Assembly: GCA_964582075.1 (NCBI GenBank) | Contig: CAZOQQ010000002.1 | Coordinates: forward strand, 1 to 33,674 | Reading direction: 5' to 3' | Origin: an uncultured bacterium | Lineage (GTDB): Bacteria; Fermentibacterota; Fermentibacteria; Fermentibacterales; JCC-6 | Length of the DNA stretch: 33,674 bases | Shown here: in pieces, positions 27,138 through 33,674 of the stretch | Numbering within the stretch: position 1 is the first letter of the stretch | Layout of the letters: the number at the start of each line of letters is the position of its first letter | Notes under the pieces: model-generated | What the model saw: the letters and a program-made list of their open reading frames with translations, nothing else | What the model was told of the DNA's origin: nothing | Databases searched by the model: none | Translations under genes and position numbers: made by a program

Positions 27138-28195
27138 ACCTGAAAATCCCTACCCTGCTGATAAGATTTTGCTCCTATCAGGTTAATAGAATTTACCGGA
27201 CACTTGGAAACGCAAAGACCGCAGCCTATACATTTATCGCTGTCCACAACGTGCCGTTCCTTCAGCTCTCCTTCGATCGCGCTGACGGGACATACTTTGG
27301 CACACAATGTACAGCCTACGCAATTTCTGTCAATATAGGCCTTGGGCCTTGCGGGAGCGTTATCCAATATCGCCCCGGTGGGGCATTCCGAAGCGCAGAG
27401 ACCGCAGTTAATACATTTCTCCGGATCGATCACAGCAAGGAAATTATCAACGGTTATTGCCTGAACAGGACAGGATTTCTCACATTTTCGGCATCCTATG
27501 CATGCCATGGCACAGGCTTTTCTTGAAAACCCGCCATTATCAAGGCTCGAACACGCGACAACAACTTCACGATCAACGGGCCACAGTTCTATAATATCCT
27601 TAGGACATGCTTCAACACATTTTCCGCATCCGGTACACGCTGTCTTATCAACAACAGGAACTCCGTTTCCTCCCATTTCGATCGCATCGAAGGGACATGC
27701 AGCCACACAGTCACCGAACCCGAGACATCCATAGGAACATGTTTTCTGACCGCCCATTATCATGGCCGCCGAAACGCAGTTTGCAGGTCCGTGATATTCG
27801 AATTCGTCTCTGGCTGAATGACCTCCATTGCAGTGAACCAGGGCTATCAGCCTTACACTTTCGGATATTTTCTTCCCGACCGCCTCCGCGACTTTCTGGT
27901 TAATCTCTATACTTGCCACAACGCATCCGTCAGCGGGAGCGTCACCTTTGACAACCGCTTCCGCGAACTGCATGCAACCGGGGAAACCGCATCCTCCGCA
28001 ATTCGCTCCGGGAAGAAGACCGTTGATCTTCTCAATAAGCGGATCACGGTGCACCGCAAGCTTCCGAGCCGCGAAAGCAAGCCCCAGGCCAAGGGCAAAA
28101 CCCATCACTCCAAGTACTATTGCCGGATTTCCAATCGAGTCAGCAAGTGATTCCTGCGCCTGAAATATTCCAGTGAACAGCATCTGAATACTCAT
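27134..28195 (-). CDS. rnfB: Rnf electron transport complex subunit B (polyferredoxin form)
   Basis: It has an N-terminal transmembrane helix, the CGGCGFPGC...C cluster, and six ferredoxin-type motifs (one [16 protein letters not shown] and five CxxCxxCxxxCP). The start was trimmed to the ATG at 28195, preceded by GGGAGGATGAG (353 aa). The ORF-track start at 28222 is a TTG inside rnfA. Confidence 0.85.
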   Translation of the reverse strand: MSIQMLFTGIFQAQESLADSIGNPAIVLGVMGFALGLGLAFAARKLAVHRDPLIEKINGLLPGANCGGCGFPGCMQFAEAVVKGDAPADGCVVASIEINQKVAEAVGKKISESVRLIALVHCNGGHSARDEFEYHGPANCVSAAMIMGGQKTCSYGCLGFGDCVAACPFDAIEMGGNGVPVVDKTACTGCGKCVEACPKDIIELWPVDREVVVACSSLDNGGFSRKACAMACIGCRKCEKSCPVQAITVDNFLAVIDPEKCINCGLCASECPTGAILDNAPARPKAYIDRNCVGCTLCAKVCPVSAIEGELKERHVVDSDKCIGCGLCVSKCPVNSINLIGAKSYQQGRDFQV

Positions 28196-28196
28196 C

Positions 28197-28841
28197 TCAT
28201 CCTCCCAGTCCGGCAAAGCCAAGGAAGGCGATAGACATCACTCCGGCTACAAGAAAAGCCACGGGTTTACCTTTGAGGGCAGGAGGAATATCAGCCATAT
28301 CAAGCTTCTGCCTTAAACCCGCCATAAGGACCAGAGCAAGGGTGAATCCGATTCCGGCAGCTATAGCGTTAACCAGTGAGTATCCCAGGCTGTATTTCTC
28401 ATCGATGTTAAGAACCGCAACCCCCAGAATAGCGCAGTTGGTCGTAATCAGGGGAAGGAATATTCCCAGAGCCTTGTAAAGGGCCGGACTGAATTTCTGC
28501 AGTATCATTTCCACGAACTGCACGAGAGACGCGATAATCAGTATGAAAGCGATTGTCCTGAGATACGAAAGCCCCATGGGAACCAGAAGAAGGTTGTACA
28601 CTGCCCATGAACCCAGCGTCGCCAGGGTCATTACGAATATAACAGAAGCTCCCATACCTATCGCCGAATCCATCTGCCTGGATACTCCCAGGAAAGGACA
28701 GATTCCGAGAAACCTTGAAAGTACAAAATTATTCACGAAAATTGAGGCGATGATTATGGCCATCATCTTGCCGAGATCAAAACCCTGGTTTCCGGAATCA
28801 GGTGATGCCAGAAGGGTTGAAAGCAGTACTGCGGGGTTCAT
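28197..28841 (-). CDS. rnfA: Rnf complex subunit A
   Basis: Polytopic, with [19 protein letters not shown] and TNCAILG. The ATG at 28841 overlaps the rnfE TAA and has GGAGG about 9 nt upstream. This gives a 25 aa N-terminal extension; an alternative start is the ATG at 28766. Confidence 0.85.
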   Translation of the reverse strand: MNPAVLLSTLLASPDSGNQGFDLGKMMAIIIASIFVNNFVLSRFLGICPFLGVSRQMDSAIGMGASVIFVMTLATLGSWAVYNLLLVPMGLSYLRTIAFILIIASLVQFVEMILQKFSPALYKALGIFLPLITTNCAILGVAVLNIDEKYSLGYSLVNAIAAGIGFTLALVLMAGLRQKLDMADIPPALKGKPVAFLVAGVMSIAFLGFAGLGG

Positions 28842-29449
28842 TACCGACCACCTCCTCTTCGCTTCTCAAGTATGTTGAAGAATCCCAGGATGAAAGCCAG
28901 AAGAATAAACGCTCCGGGCGCCAGAATGGCGATAAGCAGAGGCTGATTCTGGTAGGCTGCTCCAAGAAGATTCATGTTCAACCAGGTTCCACTTCCAAGA
29001 ATTTCACGGAATGAGGCAAGAATAACCATGGCCAGAGTAAAACCGGTACCCATTCCTATTGCATCCGCAATCGAGTTAAGGACAGGCCTTCTGCTGGCAA
29101 AACCTTCCGCCCTGCCCAGTATAATACAGTTCACTACGATAAGGGGTATGAAAATTCCAAGGCTTCTATGAAGTTCCGGAAGGTACGCGTGCATAACCAT
29201 ATCGACCAGGGTAACAAAAGTCGCGATTATCACGATGTAACATGGAATTCTCACCTTTGAAGGAATAAGATTCCGGAAGAGTGAAACAAGGAAATTCGAA
29301 GATATCAGAACGAAAATCACTGCTGCTCCCATGCCAAGGGCGTTTTCAACGGAAGTCGTAACCGCGAGAAACGGGCACATGCCCAGCGCAAGTCTGAAAA
29401 TAGGGTTTTCACGGTATATTCCGTTGGTAAGATCTTTTACGAGGCTCAT
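28841..29449 (-). CDS. rnfE: Rnf complex subunit E
   Basis: 202 aa with ENPIFRLALGMCPFLAVTTS and VNCIILGRAE. There is an ATGA overlap with the rnfG stop. Confidence 0.85.
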   Translation of the reverse strand: MSLVKDLTNGIYRENPIFRLALGMCPFLAVTTSVENALGMGAAVIFVLISSNFLVSLFRNLIPSKVRIPCYIVIIATFVTLVDMVMHAYLPELHRSLGIFIPLIVVNCIILGRAEGFASRRPVLNSIADAIGMGTGFTLAMVILASFREILGSGTWLNMNLLGAAYQNQPLLIAILAPGAFILLAFILGFFNILEKRRGGGR

Positions 29450-30132
29450 TCCACACCCCCTTCCGAATCATGCTCAGCTGAGTTATCAGAATTTATTTCA
29501 GTATCACCATGAAATGCGATATCCACCTGTTCATCGTTACCGGAACTGAAGAGACCGGCATCGGTCATCGCTTCAAGGCCGGTTCTAACGGAATTGGTAA
29601 CGGCTCGTGAAGTGATGGTGCAACCGGTCATCGCATCGATTCCTCCTCCATCCTTGGTAAGAATACATTCAGAAGCGTCTAATCCGGTGACATTATCAAT
29701 GAGTTTTGCGGGGCTCACCACATTGGCACCCAATCCGGGTGTCTCCTGCTGGAAGAGAATGGTTGTGCCCGAAATTAAGCCATCAGGCGCTACGGCAACC
29801 ATTGTCTGAACAGTACTTGAGTAGCCCTTTCCATAGGCTATGTATACATAACCTACTCTTGACGTGTCGGGCGGAACGGATACTTTCACGACATTTAACG
29901 TGTTATCAGAGGAAGCGTAAGGGTTTTCAAGTCCTGAGATTGCAAGAGAATCAAAAGCAAGGCTGTCACCGGGGCTCAAACTCCCTGCGACCTGATTCAT
30001 CGCACTCTGTTTCTCAAGCTCTTTCTGGACGGCAATAATTGGTGCTGTCCTGCTGTTTACCAACCCCAGCGCAACGGCTGCGATAAGGGCTACCAGCATA
30101 AGAACCAGACCAAGCTTAAACATCTCAGCCAT
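29446..30132 (-). CDS. rnfG: Rnf complex subunit G (FMN-binding)
   Basis: 228 aa with an N-terminal transmembrane anchor. The FMN_bind-type block GIDAMTGCTITSRAV retains the flavinylated Thr position. GGAGGTG lies 8 nt upstream. Confidence 0.8.
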   Translation of the reverse strand: MAEMFKLGLVLMLVALIAAVALGLVNSRTAPIIAVQKELEKQSAMNQVAGSLSPGDSLAFDSLAISGLENPYASSDNTLNVVKVSVPPDTSRVGYVYIAYGKGYSSTVQTMVAVAPDGLISGTTILFQQETPGLGANVVSPAKLIDNVTGLDASECILTKDGGGIDAMTGCTITSRAVTNSVRTGLEAMTDAGLFSSGNDEQVDIAFHGDTEINSDNSAEHDSEGGVE

Positions 30133-31255
30133 TCTTTTTCACCTCCCCGAATTCTTTTGGCCGCGTGTATCGATCGATCAGTGGTGTGACAAGGTTCATA
30201 AGCAGAATCGAGTACGAACAGCCCTCGGGGTATCCTCCCCATCTTCTGATTACCATCGTTATCAATCCCGCACCAATACCGAAAATAATCCTTCCACGGG
30301 GAGTTACTGGAGTTGTAACCATATCGGAAACCATGAACAGACCCCCCAGAACAACCCCTCCCGCAAGAACATGGAACAGCGGGTCTCCGTTGAACCAGCC
30401 GCTGCCGCCGAATACCCATGCAAAGAAAGCAACAGTTCCAAGGTAGCTGAGAGGAAGCCTGAGTTCAAGTACACCTCTTATTACAAGATATATGGCCCCA
30501 ACCAGAAGAAGAATAACCGAAGTCTCTCCAAGACAACCGCCTCTTCTTCCAATCAGGAGATTAACGTACGTGGAGTTATCGGACAGAGCGTTTCGAATAC
30601 TGACGGCTCTGTTTTCAAGGCGTTCAGCTTCCGCTGTATCGCCTTCCCGATAAGCATCTTCCGCGCTTGAATCCAAATCAAAGGTTTGCTTCAGCACGTT
30701 CAGTGGAGTAGCACCTGAAATGGCGTCTGCGTCGGGAATGGAACTTAACTCCTCCGTGATAATTCCGTTTGTCTCCCATGGGTTTTCGGGGGTGTTTCTC
30801 CAGGCTTCCGGCGCAGTCCAGCCGGCCGTCATCAGGATAGGGAAACTTGCCATGAGAAAAGCCCTCCCCAGAAGCGCTGGATTCACGATATTCTGCCCCA
30901 GTCCTCCAAAGGCCTGCTTGCCAACCGCAATGGCAAAAGCGGTTCCAATAACCGGAAGCCATAATGGAACTCCCGAGGGGAGATTGTAAGCAAGCAGTAC
31001 TCCAGTCACGATAGCACTGCCGTCAAGAGCGAAACTGACAGGTCTCTTCATGAATTTCAGACAGAGATACTCTGACAGGACGGCTGTCGCAGCACTTACA
31101 AATACGATCAGCAATGCCCGGGGACCGAAGAACCAGGTCGCCGCGGCAAGTGCCGGGAGAAGCGCTATAACTACATCGAACATAATTTTTCGTGTTGTCT
31201 GATTAGAACTCACGTGGGGTGACATTGCAAGCTCAAATCGCCTGTTCTGCGCCAT
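30125..31255 (-). CDS. rnfD: Rnf complex subunit D
   Basis: 376 aa, polytopic, with NqrB/RnfD blocks AISGATPLNVLK, GCLGETS and MVSDMVTTP...GRIIFG. Confidence 0.85.
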   Translation of the reverse strand: MAQNRRFELAMSPHVSSNQTTRKIMFDVVIALLPALAAATWFFGPRALLIVFVSAATAVLSEYLCLKFMKRPVSFALDGSAIVTGVLLAYNLPSGVPLWLPVIGTAFAIAVGKQAFGGLGQNIVNPALLGRAFLMASFPILMTAGWTAPEAWRNTPENPWETNGIITEELSSIPDADAISGATPLNVLKQTFDLDSSAEDAYREGDTAEAERLENRAVSIRNALSDNSTYVNLLIGRRGGCLGETSVILLLVGAIYLVIRGVLELRLPLSYLGTVAFFAWVFGGSGWFNGDPLFHVLAGGVVLGGLFMVSDMVTTPVTPRGRIIFGIGAGLITMVIRRWGGYPEGCSYSILLMNLVTPLIDRYTRPKEFGEVKKNG

Positions 31256-32566
31256 TTACGCCTCCCTTCCCCTGTTAGCTCTTATAGCTTCCTGGGCTCT
31301 CTTTATGTAATGAACAAGGTATCTTCCAGCGGGACATACATAGCTGCAGGTTCCGCATGCCATGCAGTTAAGCGCTCCATATTCCTCGGCAAGACTCCAT
31401 TTCCCGTTTTCGGAAGCCAGTGCGATCATATTAGGCGTAAGGTTCAACGGACACGCGTCAACACATTTACCGCATTTTATACACGGGCCTTCACTTACAT
31501 CTCTTACTTCCGACCCGGTCATTGCAAGAATACCGCTGGTTCCTTTTGTTACGGGAACACCGTCAGTAAAAAGCGAGATACCCATCATGGGACCGCCGCT
31601 GACAAGCCTTTCCACATCTTCAGTATACCCGCCGGATTCCTCTATGAGATCTGAAAACAGCGTACCAACGCATACATCGTAATTGGCCTGTGACACAACA
31701 CCTTTTCCGGTTACGGTAACTATCCTCCGAAGTGAAGGTTCACCATCCCTTACGGCCTTAGCCACAGCTGCCGCTGTTCCAACATTCTGAACGACAACTC
31801 CCACATCAAGCGGAAGCCCCCCTGTTGGGACCTCTCTACCCGTGGCGGCATCAATAAGCTGTTTCTCGGCTCCCTGTGGATACCTGACTTTAAGACGGAG
31901 AACGTTGCAGCCTTTTTCCTCCATAATCTTTATAGCGTCCGGTTTGTTGGTCTCGATACCAATCATGAACTCTTTCACACCCAGGGCAAAAGCGATTATT
32001 TCCATTCCGAGGATAATATCGTCAGGATTCTCAAGCATCAGCCTGTGGTCCGCTGTAAGATACGGTTCACACTCCACACCGTTTATAATCAGTGTATCGA
32101 TACTCTTGCCTGGCGGCGGGGAAAGCTTAACGTATGTGGGAAAACTCGCTCCACCCATTCCGCAGATACCGGCCAGCTTGATCCGCTCGATTATCTCTTC
32201 GGGAGAATGACCGGTGTAGTCATCCCATTTATCAAATACCTGCACCCCATCCTCCGATTCGGTATCGATAATTACGACCGGGCCGCTTCTTCTATGGGGC
32301 ATTGGAAATTCCCCGATTGACTTTACCGTTCCGTTTACCGGTGAATGTGTCGGTAAACTTATAAAACCGTTCTGAACTCCTATTTCCTGCCCCCGAATAA
32401 CCTTATCACCTTTTGAGACGGAAGGTTTTGACGGAGCTCCCAGATGCTGACATAAAGGTACATGCACAGTTTCGGGAGCGGGTACCTTTATTATCGGTTT
32501 TCCCGATGACAGGTTCTTGTTACCGGGAGGATGAGTTCCTCCCCTGAATGTTCTGGCTTTAGCCAT
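31256..32566 (-). CDS. rnfC: Rnf complex subunit C
   Basis: It has two CxxCxxCxxxCP motifs (CIKCGKCVDACP and CMACGTCSYVCP), the NADH/FMN-binding-like GMGGASFPT and SGGPMMG. The start was trimmed to the ATG at 32566, preceded by GGGGAGGCAT (436 aa). The ORF-track start at 32593 is a TTG. Confidence 0.85.
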   Translation of the reverse strand: MAKARTFRGGTHPPGNKNLSSGKPIIKVPAPETVHVPLCQHLGAPSKPSVSKGDKVIRGQEIGVQNGFISLPTHSPVNGTVKSIGEFPMPHRRSGPVVIIDTESEDGVQVFDKWDDYTGHSPEEIIERIKLAGICGMGGASFPTYVKLSPPPGKSIDTLIINGVECEPYLTADHRLMLENPDDIILGMEIIAFALGVKEFMIGIETNKPDAIKIMEEKGCNVLRLKVRYPQGAEKQLIDAATGREVPTGGLPLDVGVVVQNVGTAAAVAKAVRDGEPSLRRIVTVTGKGVVSQANYDVCVGTLFSDLIEESGGYTEDVERLVSGGPMMGISLFTDGVPVTKGTSGILAMTGSEVRDVSEGPCIKCGKCVDACPLNLTPNMIALASENGKWSLAEEYGALNCMACGTCSYVCPAGRYLVHYIKRAQEAIRANRGREA

Positions 32567-32599
32567 ATGCCTCCCCGGTTTCCTCTTGCTCAACCATGG

Positions 32600-32628
32600 A
32601 TATTACTTTTTTAAACAGTTACATACAA
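32600..32628 (-). promoter_or_regulatory. candidate promoter for the rnf-sel operon
   Basis: The minus strand reads TTGTAT (32628..32623), a 17 nt spacer, then TAATAT (32605..32600), within the 82 nt gap between the nrdR stop and the rnfC start. Confidence 0.3.
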
Positions 32629-32648
32629 ATTCAAAACAAATGTACGAT

Positions 32649-33104
32649 CTATTCTTCTTTCAATAACTTGTCCAGTTCTTCCTTGAATTGTGAAACATCC
32701 TTGAATTTCCTGTAAACACTCGCAAATCTGACATAGGCAACCTGATCAACCTCATGCAGCAGCTCCATTACATATTCACCTATGAATTTTACTTTAACCT
32801 CCTCAGGAAAATCATCCGTAATCCGAGCGATAATCCGGTCAACCAGATCCCGCAACTCTTCCGCTGCAACAGGCCTCTTTTCGCAGGCACGATCTATACC
32901 CTTTTCAAGTTTCTTCCTGTCGAAGGGTTCTCTGCGACCATCGTTCTTCACGACCACCGGAAATGACTTCTCGATATACTCGTAAGTCGTGAACCTGTAA
33001 CCGCAGTCAGCGCACTCCCTTCTTCTCCTGGTGGCAGCCCCATCCCTTACCGTACGCGAATCAATTACTCTGTCATCCATGCTTGAGCATCTGGGACATT
33101 TCAT
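32649..33104 (-). CDS. nrdR: transcriptional repressor NrdR
   Basis: 151 aa from the ATG at 33104. The zinc ribbon is MKCPRCSS...CADCGYRFTTYE and the ATP-cone is VVKNDGRREPFDRKKLEKGI...AYVRFASVYR. The longer ORF-track frame runs antisense through tRNA-His and was rejected. Confidence 0.9.
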   Translation of the reverse strand: MKCPRCSSMDDRVIDSRTVRDGAATRRRRECADCGYRFTTYEYIEKSFPVVVKNDGRREPFDRKKLEKGIDRACEKRPVAAEELRDLVDRIIARITDDFPEEVKVKFIGEYVMELLHEVDQVAYVRFASVYRKFKDVSQFKEELDKLLKEE

Positions 33105-33185
33105 ATTAACTCCAGACATGTTGCAGAACAGTAAAAAACCGGAACTGCCAAATCGCACAAGTATGCGGAATAATAGTAAATATCC

Positions 33186-33214
33186 TTGACGAGGTACACC
33201 GTTATCAATAGAAT
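33186..33214 (+). promoter_or_regulatory. candidate promoter of the tRNA His-Lys-Arg cluster
   Basis: TTGACG (33186..33191), a 17 nt spacer, then TAGAAT (33209..33214). The -10 ends 14 nt upstream of tRNA-His. Confidence 0.55.
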
Positions 33215-33228
33215 CAGCGGGTTCCAAT

Positions 33229-33305
33229 GGTGGGAGTAGTTCAGTTGGTAGAGCCCCTGACTGTGGATCAGGTGGTCGCCGGTTCAAGCCCGGTCTCCCA
33301 CCCCA
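33229..33305 (+). tRNA. tRNA-His (anticodon GTG), encoded G-1 and CCA
   Basis: Cloverleaf folded by hand. The acceptor stem is GTGGGAG/CTCCCAC with an extra 5' G opposite C73. The anticodon arm is CCTGA-CTGTGGA-TCAGG and the T-arm is GCCGG-TTCAAGC-CCGGT. Length 77 nt. Confidence 0.9.
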
Positions 33306-33309
33306 CAAT

Positions 33310-33385
33310 GCGCCTCTAGCTCAATTGGCAGAGCAACGGACTCTTAATCCGTAGGTTCCGGGTTCGATTCCCGGGGGGCGTACCA
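33310..33385 (+). tRNA. tRNA-Lys (anticodon CTT), encoded CCA
   Basis: D-arm GCTC-AATTGGCA-GAGC, anticodon arm ACGGA-CTCTTAA-TCCGT, T-arm CCGGG-TTCGATT-CCCGG, and acceptor GCGCCTC/GGGGCGT. Length 76 nt. Confidence 0.85.
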
Positions 33386-33433
33386 GAACATAACCGCGGG
33401 TATTTTCCCCGCATGTACATGCCTGTCAACGGT

Positions 33434-33510
33434 GCGCCCGTAGCTCAGCTGGATAGAGCAGCGGACTTCTAATCCGCAGGCCGCAGGTTCGAATCCTGTC
33501 GGGCGTACCA
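33434..33510 (+). tRNA. tRNA-Arg (anticodon TCT), encoded CCA
   Basis: D-arm GCTC-AGCTGGATA-GAGC, anticodon arm GCGGA-CTTCTAA-TCCGC, T-arm GCAGG-TTCGAAT-CCTGT, and acceptor GCGCCCG/CGGGCGT. Length 77 nt. Confidence 0.85.
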
Positions 33511-33674
33511 TCCGTCTCTACCCCACCGATTGGGTGCCCCTTTCTGTAATGTAGAGCCTAACGGTCAAGTATATGAGGCATTGGGCGTTTTATTGCTCCA
33601 ACTTTTCGATTTACTATGCCGTTTGTTTATATTCATAATGTTCAATTTAACTATCACGCGCCCAATGACTTATA

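Noticed and set aside
30553-30815. Long acidic loop in RnfD around the SGATPL flavinylation motif, and the acidic C-terminal tail of RnfG
   Set aside because: This loop region also varies in length in E. coli RnfD/NqrB-family proteins. There is no evidence of an inserted domain.
23872-32566. Search for a selenoprotein gene (an in-frame TGA plus a downstream SECIS hairpin) next to selAB, including within the Rnf subunits
   Set aside because: All ORFs in and around the operon are uninterrupted and of family-typical length. I saw no split gene pair separated by a single TGA.
33105-33308. N-terminal extension of the nrdR ORF (TTG start at 33308)
   Set aside because: The extension runs antisense through tRNA-His and the tRNA promoter. 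The canonical NrdR zinc-ribbon N-terminus MKCPRC starts at 33104.
1-33674. Looked for CRISPR-like spaced repeats, long tandem repeats, IS elements or transposase genes, integrases, toxin-antitoxin pairs and known defence genes
   Set aside because: Visual inspection and the ORF track turned up none. All ORFs longer than about 130 aa are accounted for by conserved housekeeping families.

Overview
This 33.7 kb window is almost entirely conserved core operons, and all protein genes except rpmB are on the minus strand. I found no integrase, transposase, CRISPR array, toxin-antitoxin pair or recognisable defence gene, so I cannot point to a clear novel multi-gene system.

Layout by increasing coordinate:
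- **1-510:** an AT-rich stretch with one small unrecognised ORF.
- **511-1240:** ssrA (tmRNA, minus), divergent rpmB (L28, plus) and a shared bidirectional terminator.
- **1260-2921:** a TIGR03960-like B12-binding-domain radical SAM gene.
- **3030-18290:** a complete, tightly coupled dcw cluster, transcribed mraZ-rsmH-ftsL-ftsI-murE-murF-mraY-murD-ftsW-murG-murC-ftsQ-ftsA-ftsZ. It has no murB or ddl.
- **18538-23802:** a four-gene polysaccharide module: ugd, a WbpA/TviB-like dehydrogenase, a mini SLBB export protein, and a Wzc-like co-polymerase/BY-kinase.
- **23872-32566:** rnfCDGEAB with selA-selB joined to its 3' end.
- **32649-33104:** nrdR.
- **33229-33510:** a plus-strand tRNA-His(GTG)/Lys(CTT)/Arg(TCT) cluster with its own promoter.
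- **33511-33674:** another AT-rich stretch.

The gene content suggests a Gram-negative-type anaerobe that uses selenocysteine: the MurE DNPR motif implies meso-DAP, and Rnf and SelAB are present. I cannot assign a taxon.

Observations most worth a second look:
- selAB is translationally coupled to the end of the rnf operon.
- The tmRNA tag reading frame appears to be only 2-4 codons long.
- The mraZ promoter has GTGGGA (MraZ-type) boxes inside its spacer, preceded by a GATATA-rich spacer.
- The polysaccharide export module has no glycosyltransferases and sits directly upstream of the dcw cluster.
- Both ends of the window turn AT-rich immediately 3' of ssrA and of tRNA-Arg.

Several ORF-track starts were trimmed to internal ATGs that have good Shine-Dalgarno sequences or stop/start overlaps.
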